A stretch of DNA of 64,000 bases from Novosphingobium sp. (GCA_041677785.1 JBAYPJ010000005.1:3482-67481); one strand, 5' to 3'. Positions 10,536 through 22,443 are shown, counted from the first letter of the stretch. The notes: generated from the sequence alone by a model not told the origin. Program-made: numbers and translations.

Positions 10536-10841
10536 TCAGATTCCGCTGGTGACGTCGATCGACTGGCCCGCAGCCAGCGTCACGACGGCCTTCTTCACGT
10601 CCGAACGGCGATAGGGCTTGCCCTTCCACCGCTTGGTCTTGCCCTTCTGGGTCAGCGTATTCACGCCGATCACCTTGACGTCGAACAGCGCCTCGACCGC
10701 CGCCTTGATCTGCGGCTTGGTGGCGCTGTCGGCCACCTTGAAGACCACGGCGTTGTGCTCGCTGAGCAGCGTCGACTTCTCCGTGATGTGGGGGGCCACG
10801 ATCACGTCATAGTGACGCGTGTCGATTGCGTCCTTAGCCAT
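10536..10841 (-). CDS. rplW: 50S ribosomal protein L23
   Basis: 101 aa; sequence ...[14 protein letters not shown]...; operon order. Confidence 0.95.
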   Translation of the reverse strand: MAKDAIDTRHYDVIVAPHITEKSTLLSEHNAVVFKVADSATKPQIKAAVEALFDVKVIGVNTLTQKGKTKRWKGKPYRRSDVKKAVVTLAAGQSIDVTSGI

Positions 10842-11460
10842 TGAAACGCGCCTCCAGCTTCTCGACCGCGGCGCGCGTCAGCACCAGCGTATCATGCTTC
10901 AGAATGTCGTAGACGTTGGCGCCCACGGCCGGCAGCACGTTCACGCCGACGAGGTTGCCGGCGGCGCGGGCGAAGCCTGCGTCCACCTGCTCGCCGTCGA
11001 TGATCAGAACCTTCCGGCCCCAGTTCGCCTTGGCGAGCTGATCGGCAAGAGCCTTGGTCTTGGCGTCCTTCAGCTCAAGCGTGTCGACCACGATCAGGCC
11101 CTGCTTGGCCTTGGCCGAAAGCGCCATCTTGAGGCCGAGCGCGCGAACCTTCTTGTTCAGCGAGATGTCGAACTCGCGGCGACGAGGACCCATCGCCTTG
11201 CCGCCGCCGATGAACACGGGCGCCTTGCGGTCGCCGTGACGGGCCGTGCCGCCGCCCTTCTGGCGACCGAACTTCTTGCCCGTGCGGGCAACGTCCGACC
11301 GCTCGCGGGCCGCGCGGGCGATGCCGCGCCGGTTCTCGAGCTGCCAGGTGACGACCCGGTGCAGGATATCGGCGCGCGGCTCGAGGCCGAACACGTCGTC
11401 CGAAAGGTCGATATCGCCCTTGCCGGCCGATCCGTCGAGGTTGGAAAGCTTCACCTTCAC
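10834..11460 (-). CDS. rplD: 50S ribosomal protein L4
   Basis: 208 aa; sequence ...[34 protein letters not shown]. Confidence 0.96.
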   Translation of the reverse strand: MKVKLSNLDGSAGKGDIDLSDDVFGLEPRADILHRVVTWQLENRRGIARAARERSDVARTGKKFGRQKGGGTARHGDRKAPVFIGGGKAMGPRRREFDISLNKKVRALGLKMALSAKAKQGLIVVDTLELKDAKTKALADQLAKANWGRKVLIIDGEQVDAGFARAAGNLVGVNVLPAVGANVYDILKHDTLVLTRAAVEKLEARFNG

Positions 11461-11463
11461 GAC

Positions 11464-12222
11464 TTAGCCCTCCTGGCCTTCGGCGGCTTCCGAAGTCTCA
11501 ACCACCTGGGCGGGGGTCTCGGCGGAAGCCGTATCGTTGCTGTTCGCGGCACTCTTCAGGCCGGCGGGATAGGGCGCCTCGGTGTGGCGGGCGACCTTGA
11601 CTGCATCGCGCACGGTCAGCCAGGCGTTCTTCGCGCCCGGGACCGATCCCTTGACGAAGATCAGGCCGCGCTCGTCATCGACGCGCACGACCTCGAGGTT
11701 CTGCTGGGTGCGTTCGCGGTCGCCCATGTGACCGGCCATCTTCTTGTTCTTGAAGACACGACCCGGATCCTGGCGCTGCCCGGTCGAACCGTGGGCGCGG
11801 TGGCTGATCGAAACACCGTGGCTGGCGCGCATGCCGCCGAAGCCCCAGCGCTTCATCGCACCGGCAAAGCCCTTGCCCTGCGTGTGCCCGGCCACGTCGA
11901 CGAGCTGGCCCGGCACGAAGTGCGAGGCAGCGATCGTCGAGCCGACTTCGAGAACGGCGTCGTCGGCGACGCGGAACTCGCAGACGCGCTGCTTCAGCGG
12001 CACCTGCGCCTTGGCGAAGTGCTCACGCTGCGGCTTGGCGACGTTCTTCTGCTTGGCTTCACCCGCGCCGAGCTGGACGGCGACATAGCCGTCACGCTCC
12101 GTCGTGCGGACCGAAACCACCTGATTATCTTCCAGCGCCAGAACGGTGACCGGCACGTGCCGTCCGTCCTCCTGGAACAGGCGGGTCATCCCCACCTTCT
12201 TGGCGATCACGCCGGTACGCAT
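11464..12222 (-). CDS. rplC: 50S ribosomal protein L3 (about 40-aa acidic C-terminal extension)
   Basis: 252 aa; [16 protein letters not shown]...[30 protein letters not shown] lies upstream. Confidence 0.96.
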   Translation of the reverse strand: MRTGVIAKKVGMTRLFQEDGRHVPVTVLALEDNQVVSVRTTERDGYVAVQLGAGEAKQKNVAKPQREHFAKAQVPLKQRVCEFRVADDAVLEVGSTIAASHFVPGQLVDVAGHTQGKGFAGAMKRWGFGGMRASHGVSISHRAHGSTGQRQDPGRVFKNKKMAGHMGDRERTQQNLEVVRVDDERGLIFVKGSVPGAKNAWLTVRDAVKVARHTEAPYPAGLKSAANSNDTASAETPAQVVETSEAAEGQEG

Positions 12223-12459
12223 GATCCGATCTCCTACAGAGGCCTACGCGGGACCATCCCGTGAAGGCGTGTTCGGCCCAGAATGTGAAGCGCGCCCCGT
12301 CCGGGCCGAGTGCCATCCGCGAGGATGGCGAGACGGGGGACGCTGCCCGGCCGAAGACGCCCTAAGACGAAGCCGGAGGTATCCCAATGTCCGGATCGGC
12401 AGATGTTCAGCCTTGCCGATCGAAACCCCCGCCTTCGCGGGGGTTAAAGGTAAATTGGC

Positions 12460-12771
12460 TTACGCCAATTTAATCTCCACGTTCACGCCCGCAGCAAGGT
12501 CCAGCTTCATCAGCGCATCGACCGTCGCGGCGTTGGGCTGCACGATGTCGAGCAGCCGCTTGTAGGTGCGAACCTCGAACTGCTCACGCGACTTCTTGTC
12601 GATGTGCGGACCGCGGTTGACGCAGAACTTCTCGATCCTGGTCGGCAGCGGAATGGGGCCCCGGATCAGCGCGCCGGTGCGGCGGGCGGTGTCCGCGATT
12701 TCGCCGGTCGCCTGGTCCAGCACGCGATGATCGAATGCCTTGAGGCGAATGCGGATATTCTGAGCTTCCAT
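12460..12771 (-). CDS. rpsJ: 30S ribosomal protein S10
   Basis: 103 aa; sequence ...[39 protein letters not shown]. Confidence 0.97.
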   Translation of the reverse strand: MEAQNIRIRLKAFDHRVLDQATGEIADTARRTGALIRGPIPLPTRIEKFCVNRGPHIDKKSREQFEVRTYKRLLDIVQPNAATVDALMKLDLAAGVNVEIKLA

Positions 12772-12812
12772 GTCCTACTACCGATGAGAAAGAGCGACGG
12801 CGCCAACACGCC

Positions 12813-12890
12813 GTCGTCCTGAACTTGTTTCAGGACCCATTCCTTCGTGCGAGCCGAAAGATGGATGCTGAAACGAGTTCAGCATGACGA
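12813..12890. repeat. Nested-palindrome REP/MITE-like element, copy 1 (tuf-rpsJ spacer)
   Basis: Left arm TCGTCCTGAAC-ttgt-TTCAGGACCCAT; right arm ATGCTGAAacgagTTCAGCATGACGA. Each arm is itself a hairpin, and the two arms are inverted repeats of each other. Same architecture and core (CTGAA-ACGAG-TTCAG-[C/G]ATGAC) as copy 2. Confidence 0.6.
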
Positions 12891-12967
12891 TGCCTAAGCG
12901 TCGCTACGTTAAACCAGAAAACCGGCCGCCGGGGAGAACGAATCTCCCCGGCGGAGCGCGGCCTATA

Positions 12968-14158
12968 TTACTTGGTGATCTTGCTGACAACCCCCGAACC
13001 GACGGTCCGGCCGCCTTCGCGGATAGCGAAGCGGAGACCTTCGTCCATGGCGATCGGCGCGATCAGCTTGACGTTCAACGAGACGTTGTCGCCGGGCATG
13101 ACCATCTCGGTGCCCTCGGGCAGGACGACCTCGCCGGTGACGTCCGTCGTGCGGAAGTAGAACTGCGGGCGGTAGTTGGCGAAGAACGGCGTGTGACGGC
13201 CGCCTTCGTCCTTCGACAGCACGTAGACCTCGGCCGCGAACTCGGTGTGCGGCGTGACCGAACCCGGCTTGGCGAGAACCTGGCCGCGCTCGACGTCGTC
13301 GCGCTTCAGGCCGCGAACCAGCGCGCCGATGTTGTCGCCCGCCTCGCCCTGGTCGAGCAGCTTGCGGAACATCTCAACGCCGGTAACGACGGTCTTCTGC
13401 GTGTCCTTGAGGCCAATGACCTCGACTTCGTCACCCACCTTGACGATGCCCGTCTCGACGCGGCCGGTCACGACGGTACCGCGACCCGAGATCGAGAACA
13501 CGTCCTCGACCGGCATCAGGAAGGGCCTGTCGGTCGGACGCGGCGGCTGCGGGATGTAATCATCGACCGCCTGCATCAGCTCGAGAACCGAGTTCCTACC
13601 GATTTCGTCGTCACGGCCTTCCAGCGCGGCCAGGGCCGAACCCTTGATGATCGGAATATCGTCGCCCGGGAAGTCGTAGCTGGACAGCAGTTCGCGCACT
13701 TCAAGCTCGACCAGCTCGAGAATCTCGGGATCGTCGACCTGGTCGACCTTGTTCATGTAGACGACCAGCGCCGGCACGCCGACCTGACGGGCGAGCAGGA
13801 TGTGCTCGCGGGTCTGCGGCATCGGGCCGTCGGCGGCGTTCACGACCAGGATCGCGCCATCCATCTGCGCCGCGCCGGTGATCATGTTCTTCACGTAGTC
13901 GGCGTGACCCGGGCAGTCGACGTGCGCGTAGTGGCGGTTGCCGGTCTCGTACTCGACGTGCGAGGTCGAGATGGTGATGCCGCGCTCACGCTCTTCGGGC
14001 GCCTTGTCGATGTTGGCGTAATCGGTGAATTCGGCGCCGCCGCTTTCCGCAAGCACCTTGGTGATCGCGGCCGTCAGCGTGGTCTTGCCGTGGTCGACGT
14101 GACCGATGGTGCCGATGTTGCAGTGCGGCTTATTCCGCTCGAATTTTGCCTTCGCCAT
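12968..14158 (-). CDS. tuf: Elongation factor Tu
   Basis: 396 aa; [22 protein letters not shown] motifs. Confidence 0.98.
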   Translation of the reverse strand: MAKAKFERNKPHCNIGTIGHVDHGKTTLTAAITKVLAESGGAEFTDYANIDKAPEERERGITISTSHVEYETGNRHYAHVDCPGHADYVKNMITGAAQMDGAILVVNAADGPMPQTREHILLARQVGVPALVVYMNKVDQVDDPEILELVELEVRELLSSYDFPGDDIPIIKGSALAALEGRDDEIGRNSVLELMQAVDDYIPQPPRPTDRPFLMPVEDVFSISGRGTVVTGRVETGIVKVGDEVEVIGLKDTQKTVVTGVEMFRKLLDQGEAGDNIGALVRGLKRDDVERGQVLAKPGSVTPHTEFAAEVYVLSKDEGGRHTPFFANYRPQFYFRTTDVTGEVVLPEGTEMVMPGDNVSLNVKLIAPIAMDEGLRFAIREGGRTVGSGVVSKITK

Positions 14159-14247
14159 TGTTCAAACCTTCTTTTCGCTTGAATGAATCTGCGGGAAGGA
14201 AACGGCACCCGCTGAATCGAGCGCCGCCCCTAGTATCATCTTGCCGC

Positions 14248-16320
<2,073 letters not shown>

Positions 16321-16412
16321 GGAAAATTCCTTGGGTGTTCGGGAGGAGCCGGGGTGGCGGCTCCGCCCATATGGTCAACAAAGTTGCAGCTTGAAGACTG
16401 CCAAAGCCGACA

Positions 16413-16883
16413 TCACCAACGGTAGTGGCTGAACGCGCGGTTCGCGTCGGCCATGCGGTGGGTGTCTTCGCGCTTCTTGACCGCGTTGCCGCGGTTGTTG
16501 GCGGCGTCGAGCAGTTCGGCCGAGAGGCGTCCCGACATGGTGGTCTCCGACCGGTTGCGCGCCGCCGTGATCAGCCAGCGGATGGCCAGCGCCTGCGCAC
16601 GCTCCGGACGGACTTCGACCGGAACCTGGTAGGTCGCACCGCCGACGCGGCGGCTGCGGACCTCGATCTGCGGCTTCACGTTGTCCAGCGCATTGTGGAA
16701 CAACTGGACCGGATCGGCTTTGGCGCGGGTTTCCATGGTTTCGAGCGCACCATAGACGATGCTTTCGGCGACGGACTTCTTCCCGTCGAGCATCAGGTTG
16801 TTCATGAATTTCGACAGGACCTGATCACCGTACTTCGGATCAGGCAGGATTTCCCGCTTCTCGGGACGACGACGACGTGACAT
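16413..16883 (-). CDS. rpsG: 30S ribosomal protein S7
   Basis: 156 aa; [20 protein letters not shown]... Confidence 0.97.
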   Translation of the reverse strand: MSRRRRPEKREILPDPKYGDQVLSKFMNNLMLDGKKSVAESIVYGALETMETRAKADPVQLFHNALDNVKPQIEVRSRRVGGATYQVPVEVRPERAQALAIRWLITAARNRSETTMSGRLSAELLDAANNRGNAVKKREDTHRMADANRAFSHYRW

Positions 16884-16930
16884 CGGCTAAATTCCTTTAC
16901 ATCAACCGGCTCGCGCCACCCTTCCCTTCA

Positions 16931-17043
16931 TCGTCACCCTGAACGCGGTTCAGGGTCCATCGGGAGGCTGGATCGGCCGCTGGAAACCTTCTTCAAGACC
17001 TGAACCTGGGGAGCCATGGTGCCTGAAACGAGTTCAGGATGAC
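16931..17043. repeat. Nested-palindrome REP/MITE-like element, copy 2 (rpsL-rpsG spacer)
   Basis: Left arm TCGTCACCCTGAAC-gcgg-TTCAGGGTCCAT; right arm CCATGGTGCCTGAAacgagTTCAGGATGACC. The termini are inverted repeats, each arm is a hairpin, and the core is shared with copy 1. Confidence 0.6.
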
Positions 17044-17064
17044 CTGACGCCTTCGGCCATCAGG

Positions 17065-17436
17065 TCACTTGGGCCGCTTCGCCCCGTACTTGGAACGCGA
17101 CTGCTTGCGATCCTTCACGCCCTGCGTGTCGAGCACGCCGCGCAGCACGTGATAGCGCACGCCCGGAAGGTCGCGCACACGGCCGCCGCGGATCAGCACC
17201 ACCGAGTGCTCCTGCAGGTTGTGGCCCTCGCCGGGGATGTAGGAGATGACCTCGCGGCTATTGGTCAGGCGGATCTTGGCCACCTTGCGCAGCGCCGAGT
17301 TCGGCTTCTTCGGCGTCGTCGTGTAGACGCGGGTGCAGACGCCACGCTTCTGCGGGTTCTGCTCCATCGCAGGAACCTTGCTCTTGGCCTTCTGCAGTAC
17401 GCGACCCTTGCGGATCAGCTGGTTGATCGTCGGCAT
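17065..17436 (-). CDS. rpsL: 30S ribosomal protein S12
   Basis: 123 aa; [12 protein letters not shown]...[18 protein letters not shown]... Confidence 0.98.
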   Translation of the reverse strand: MPTINQLIRKGRVLQKAKSKVPAMEQNPQKRGVCTRVYTTTPKKPNSALRKVAKIRLTNSREVISYIPGEGHNLQEHSVVLIRGGRVRDLPGVRYHVLRGVLDTQGVKDRKQSRSKYGAKRPK

Positions 17437-17770
17437 GAAGTACTCTTCACCTGTGTTGCGGAGGCAGCGGAATTGCCGCCCCGGTTTGACGCCCGAAACC
17501 GACAGAGGAAAAAAGGATCACGTGTGCACGCAGGCTCCTGCCGGGCAGGAACGAGGCGATCGCCGCAACGTGAGCCGATAACCCTCCACCCGGTCGAAAC
17601 GCCGGGTTACTTTGACGGCTGACAGGAGAAATGGCTCCCTGCGCACCGCCAATGTTCAGCTCTATGTCCTGGACTCGGCCGTAACGTTGCCCGGAAGCGC
17701 GGGCCCTTAGTGCGATTTGGCAGTACGGTCAAGGCAGATAGCTGCCCCGCACAGCCGGCAAAAGGTGCGC

Positions 17771-17905
17771 TCAGATCGCCCGCTCGCCCGCCTTGCCGAC
17801 GGATTCGATGTCGCGTCCGATGCCCTGCACCGTGTTGCAGGCGCCGAGCGACGCGACGAGGCCGCCCAGGATCGCGGCCAGCAGCAGCTTGTTGCGTGTC
17901 GTCAT
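17771..17905 (-). CDS. Entericidin A/B-family small lipoprotein
   Basis: This is the last 44 codons of ORF 17771..18829: MTTRNKLLLAAILGGLVASLGACNTVQGIGRDIESVGKAGERAI. It has a lipobox (L-G-A-C) and an entericidin-like mature peptide. Confidence 0.75.
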   Translation of the reverse strand: MTTRNKLLLAAILGGLVASLGACNTVQGIGRDIESVGKAGERAI

Positions 17906-18124
17906 TATCTCAAACCCCACACCTTGCCTCATCTCCCTAACGCGAACGCGGCGAAGGGCAAGCGTGATGCGCCTTCCCGCCCACCGCCGTCCCGTCGGCG
18001 GCCACCCATGGGAAAGAGCCACGCTTGACCGGGCGCCGCGGCATCGCGACGAGACGGTTTGGTGGCGAGGCGATCGCGTGGTATCCTGCCCGCGCCACAT
18101 GGCTTCGGAAGAGGAGAGCCGGCC

Positions 18125-18313
18125 ATGACGGATTTGCCAAGGTGCCTTAAGCGCGTGGGCGAGGAAGTGCTGCTGGCGCTGGGCGCCCAGAATGCGGAGG
18201 ACGAGCGGCTCCATCGCGCGCTGGCCGATCGCTTCACGGCCGAGGCGCTGCGCGACATCGACCGCGAGCCCGGCCGCGTCCACGACTGGTCCCGATTGGC
18301 GCAGGAAGACTGA
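18125..18313 (+). CDS. Small hypothetical protein (62 aa)
   Basis: Internal ATG of ORF 18059..18313, preceded by GGAGAG with a 7-nt spacer. Third codon positions are almost all G/C, as in the real genes here. No recognisable family. Confidence 0.45.
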   Translation: MTDLPRCLKRVGEEVLLALGAQNAEDERLHRALADRFTAEALRDIDREPGRVHDWSRLAQED

Positions 18314-18369
18314 CACGCGAGGGAAGTCCGCCAGATCCAGCCTTCGGCCGCGGCGAACGGCCGCACCCT

Positions 18370-18735
18370 TCAGTCCTTCTGGCTCTTGCGCGGAGCGGGC
18401 AGCATGTCCGCCTGCAGCGCGGCGAAATCGTCGCCCCGCGCGGCTGCCTCCAGCCGGGCCTGTAGCGCGCGATAGTGCGTCAGCACCCTGTCGCCGAAGG
18501 GCGTGACCCGCGCCCCGCCTCCGTGCGCGCTGCCGGGCGAGGTTTCGACCAGCGGTTCGCGCCAGCAGCGGTTCATCGCATCGACCAGCAGCCAGGCGCG
18601 GCGGTAGCTCATGCCCATGTCGCGGCCCGCGCCCGAGATCGAGCCGCAACGCCGGATCGCCTCGAGCAGATCCGCCTTGCCCGGCCCCATCGCGATCTCC
18701 GCCCCGCAAAAGAGCTGGATCTTGATCTTCAGCAT
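18370..18735 (-). CDS. ModE-N-terminal-like / LysR-type winged-helix DNA-binding protein
   Basis: MLKIKIQLFCGAEIAMGPGKADLLEAIRRCGSISGAGRDMGMSYRRAWLLVDAMN... matches the ModE N-domain pattern. GGGAGGGG SD lies before the ATG at 18735. Confidence 0.7.
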   Translation of the reverse strand: MLKIKIQLFCGAEIAMGPGKADLLEAIRRCGSISGAGRDMGMSYRRAWLLVDAMNRCWREPLVETSPGSAHGGGARVTPFGDRVLTHYRALQARLEAAARGDDFAALQADMLPAPRKSQKD

Positions 18736-18897
18736 GGCCCCTCCCGACATCGCCCGCGATCCTAGCGCTCCCCGGCGCGGCAGGCGAGTCCCCGCCCGGC
18801 CGGGCGCGAACCGGCCCGGCTGGAACCAATGGTCTGGCGGGCGGCTTTACCCCTGCGGGGCTTTATCGCCGCAGGCTTATCCCCGGAGGTGACGACC

Positions 18898-19791
18898 ATG
18901 GCCGCTCGCGCATACTGGAAGGGCCAGATCCGGCTGGCGCTCGTCTCGATTCCGGTCGAGATCTACAAGGCGACCCGGTCGGGCGCTTCGATCAGCTTCC
19001 GCCAGATCCATGAACCTTCGGGCAAGCCGATCAAGTACGAGAAGGTCGTGCCCGGTATAGGCCCGATCGACCGCGAGGAGATCATCAAGGGCTACGAACT
19101 GTCCAAGGGCAACTACGTGCTGCTCGACGACGAGGAGATCGAAGCGGTCAAGCTGGAGAGCAAGCGGACGCTCGACCTCGTCCAGTTCGTCGACACCGGC
19201 GCGATCGACGTGCTCTATTTCGACGAGCCCTATTACGTCGTCCCCGCCGACAAGCTGGCGGAAGAAGCCTATGTCGTCTTGCGCGAAGCGCTGCGCAAAT
19301 CGCGCAAGGTCGGCCTCGGCCAGCTCGCCATCCGCGGCCAGGAATTGCTCGTCAGCCTCAGGCCCTGCGGCCGCGGCCTGCTGCTGGAAACGCTGCGCTA
19401 TGCCGATGAGGTGAACAAGGCGGCCAACTATTTCCGCGACATCGCGGACGCCCGGCCCGACGCCGACCTGCTCGATCTCGCCACGACGCTGATCGAGAAG
19501 AAGGCGGGCGAGTTCGACGCCAGCGAATACCACAACCGCTACATCGACGCGCTGCACCGACTGATCGAGAAAAAGGCGAAAGCCAAGGGCAAACGCGTGC
19601 TCGAGGACGTCGAGGAGCCGTCCGAGGTCCCCGGCCGCTCCAACGTCATCGACCTGATGGCGGCGCTCAAGGCCTCGGTCGACGGCAAGAAAGCGGCGCC
19701 GGCCGAGCCGAAGCCGCCGGCCAAGCGCGCCACGGCCCGCAAGCCAGCCACCCCGGACGGGAAGGCCGCTCCCAGGCGCAAGCGGGCCTGA
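18898..19791 (+). CDS. ku: Non-homologous end joining protein Ku
   Basis: MAARAYWKGQIRLALVSIPVEIYKAT... with a Lys-rich C-terminal tail. Immediately upstream of ligD. Confidence 0.93.
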   Translation: MAARAYWKGQIRLALVSIPVEIYKATRSGASISFRQIHEPSGKPIKYEKVVPGIGPIDREEIIKGYELSKGNYVLLDDEEIEAVKLESKRTLDLVQFVDTGAIDVLYFDEPYYVVPADKLAEEAYVVLREALRKSRKVGLGQLAIRGQELLVSLRPCGRGLLLETLRYADEVNKAANYFRDIADARPDADLLDLATTLIEKKAGEFDASEYHNRYIDALHRLIEKKAKAKGKRVLEDVEEPSEVPGRSNVIDLMAALKASVDGKKAAPAEPKPPAKRATARKPATPDGKAAPRRKRA

Positions 19792-19792
19792 G

Positions 19793-22309
19793 ATGGCGAC
19801 GCGCACCCGCGATCCGCTGGCGGCCTACAACGCCAGGCGCGACTTCGGCGAGACGCCTGAGCCGGAGGGCAAGCGGCAATCGAGCCCCGGGGGCAACCGC
19901 TTCATCGTCCAGAAGCACGCCGCGACGCGGCTGCATTGGGATTTCCGGCTGGAAGCCGACGGCGTGCTCAAATCCTGGGCGGTCACCAAGGGGCCCAGCC
20001 TCGATCCCGACGACAAGCGCCTGGCCGTGCGCACCGAGGACCATCCGCTGTCCTACGCCGAATTCGAAGGCGTGATTCCCAAGGGCGAGTACGGCGGCGG
20101 CACGGTCATGCTCTGGGACAAGGGCACCTGGGAGCCGGTGCCCGGCAAGAGCGCCGAGGACATCGACAAGGGCCACCTCCATTTCATCCTCCACGGCGAG
20201 CGGATGAAAGGTGAATGGCTGCTGGTGCGGATGAAGCCGCGCGCGGGCGAGAAGCGCGAGAACTGGCTGCTGCGCAAGATCGCCGACGCATATGCCGCCG
20301 GCTCCGGCGACCTCGTCGACCGCGCGCTGACGAGCGTGCTCACCGGCCGCTCGATGGCCGAGATCGCCACCGACAAGCAGGCCAGTCACTCGCTCGCCGG
20401 CAAGCAGGGCAAGGCTTTCGCCGAGGAGATGGCGAAGGCTGCTCGGCACAACGCCCGCGCGGCGAAGCCCGGCAAGGCCGCGCGCACGAGCGAGCCCCCC
20501 GCCTTCGTCCCGCCCCAACTCGCCACGCTGGTCGACGCCGTGCCGACGGGTAACGACTGGCTGCACGAGATCAAGTTCGACGGCTATCGCGCGCTGCTCC
20601 GTGTCGCGGGCCGGGAGGTGCGCATCATCACCCGCAACGGGCTCGACTGGACCGACAAGTTCGCGCCGCTGGTGAAAGCCATCGCAGCGCTCGACCTGCC
20701 GCCGGCGCTGATCGACGGAGAGATCACCACGCCGGGGCCCGACGGCAATCCCAGCTTCTCCGCGCTGCAGGCGGAACTGAAGCGCGGCCACGGCGCGCAG
20801 AAGTCCCACATGGATTTCCACGCCTTCGACCTGCTCACGCTCAATGGCGAGGATCTGAGGCACCTGCCCGCGATCGAGCGCAAGGAACGGCTGGAGGCGC
20901 TGCTCGCCCACGCCGAGCCGCCGGTGCGCGTCGCCGATCACGTCATCGGCGCGGGCGAGAAGCTCTACCGCGCGATGTGCGACGCGGGGCTCGAGGGCAT
21001 CATCTCCAAGCGGATCGACGCGCCCTATCGCGGCATGCGGACCAGAAACTGGGTCAAGGTCAAGTGCACCCGGCGGCAAGAGTTCGTCGTCATCGGCTGG
21101 TCGCAGTCATCGGCCCGGGCGCGGCCCTTCGCCTCGCTGTTCCTTGCCCAGCACGAGGACGGCAGGCTCATCTACAAGGGCAAGGTCGGCACCGGCTTCA
21201 GCGCCGACACGCTGGCCGACCTTGCCGCGAAGATGCGGCCGCTCGTGCGCGAGACCGCGCCGGCCGAGGTCCCGCGCGCCGAGGCGCGGGGCGCGACCTG
21301 GATCGAGCCGAAGCTGGTCGCCGAGATCGCCTTCGCCGAAATGACGCGCGACGGCCGCATCCGCCATGCCAGCTTCCTGGGCTTGCGGACCGACAAGAAG
21401 GCCCGCGAAGTGACGCCCGAGAAGCCCGAGCCGGCGCCGCCGAGCGAAAGCCCGGCGCGGATCAGCAACCGCGACCGGGTGATCTTCCCCGAGACCGGGC
21501 AGACCAAGGGGCACCTAGCCGACTATTACGCCGCCGTCGCGCCGCTGATGCTCGCCCACATGGCAAACCGTCCGATCAGCCTTGTCCGCTGCCCTCAGGG
21601 GCGCGCCCGAAAGTGCTTTTTCCAGAAGCACGATTCCGGCAGCTTCGGCCCACACGTCCATCACGTGCCGATCCGCGAGAAGGACGGCGGGCACGAGGAC
21701 TACATCCATGTCGAGGACACCGCCGGCATCCTCGCCTGCGTGCAGATGGGCACGATCGAATTCCACGGCTGGGCGTCGCACGCGCGCGATGTCGAGGCGC
21801 CCGACCGCATGGTCTTCGACCTCGACCCCGACGAGGGGCTGGACTTCGGCCATGTCCGGCAGGCGGCCTTCGACTTGCGTGACCGGCTGGCCGAACTCGG
21901 CCTGACGACCTTCGCCATGCTGTCGGGCGGCAAGGGCATCCACGTCGTCGTCCCGCTGACGCCGGGCCATTCGTGGGAGGCGCACAAGGACTTTTCCAAG
22001 CGCTTCGCCGAGGCCATGAGCCTCGCCGAACCCGACCGCTTCGTGGCGACGATCTCCAAGGCCAAGCGCAAAGGCAAGATCTTCATCGACTACCTGCGCA
22101 ACCAGCGCGGCAGCACGGCGGTGATGCCCTACTCCGCCCGCGCCCGGACCGGCGCGCCGGTCGCCGCGCCGGTGAGTTGGGAGGAACTGGAAGCCATCGA
22201 CAGCGCGAACGAATGGTCGATCGACGATGCCGCCGAGCTGATCGAGCGGGCCAGCGGCAAGGCGCTCAGGGGCTGGGGCTTCGCGGCGCAGGCCCTGCCG
22301 GGAGCCTGA
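19793..22309 (+). CDS. ligD: ATP-dependent DNA ligase LigD (phosphoesterase-ligase-polymerase domain order)
   Basis: 838 aa. N-terminal FIVQKHAATRLHWDFRLE (3'-phosphoesterase), central EIKFDGYR (KxDG ligase motif), C-terminal primase-polymerase domain with FDLDPD. Confidence 0.95.
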   Translation: MATRTRDPLAAYNARRDFGETPEPEGKRQSSPGGNRFIVQKHAATRLHWDFRLEADGVLKSWAVTKGPSLDPDDKRLAVRTEDHPLSYAEFEGVIPKGEYGGGTVMLWDKGTWEPVPGKSAEDIDKGHLHFILHGERMKGEWLLVRMKPRAGEKRENWLLRKIADAYAAGSGDLVDRALTSVLTGRSMAEIATDKQASHSLAGKQGKAFAEEMAKAARHNARAAKPGKAARTSEPPAFVPPQLATLVDAVPTGNDWLHEIKFDGYRALLRVAGREVRIITRNGLDWTDKFAPLVKAIAALDLPPALIDGEITTPGPDGNPSFSALQAELKRGHGAQKSHMDFHAFDLLTLNGEDLRHLPAIERKERLEALLAHAEPPVRVADHVIGAGEKLYRAMCDAGLEGIISKRIDAPYRGMRTRNWVKVKCTRRQEFVVIGWSQSSARARPFASLFLAQHEDGRLIYKGKVGTGFSADTLADLAAKMRPLVRETAPAEVPRAEARGATWIEPKLVAEIAFAEMTRDGRIRHASFLGLRTDKKAREVTPEKPEPAPPSESPARISNRDRVIFPETGQTKGHLADYYAAVAPLMLAHMANRPISLVRCPQGRARKCFFQKHDSGSFGPHVHHVPIREKDGGHEDYIHVEDTAGILACVQMGTIEFHGWASHARDVEAPDRMVFDLDPDEGLDFGHVRQAAFDLRDRLAELGLTTFAMLSGGKGIHVVVPLTPGHSWEAHKDFSKRFAEAMSLAEPDRFVATISKAKRKGKIFIDYLRNQRGSTAVMPYSARARTGAPVAAPVSWEELEAIDSANEWSIDDAAELIERASGKALRGWGFAAQALPGA

Positions 22310-22443
22310 GTGGCGTGAACCGCGCCGCAGGTAGCGGATCAGTTTGAATTCCGGCATGGCATGGAAGAGTGTTCATCCCCGCCACGCGCCAGCGCTTGAC
22401 CTTTCCCGCGTTTCCCGCCCAATGCCGCGCGGGAGAAAGACGG

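Noticed and set aside
17547-17572. GGAAC-N16-CGTG near-match to the EcfG motif upstream of rpsL.
   Set aside because: It is on the plus strand, pointing away from rpsL, with no downstream plus-strand gene and an imperfect -10. This is the kind of hit expected by chance.
17906-18829. The 352-aa minus-strand ORF 17771..18829 as a single gene.
   Set aside because: Only the last 44 codons form a coherent protein (entericidin-like lipoprotein). The rest overlaps the ModE-like gene in another frame and is Arg/Gly/Pro-rich.
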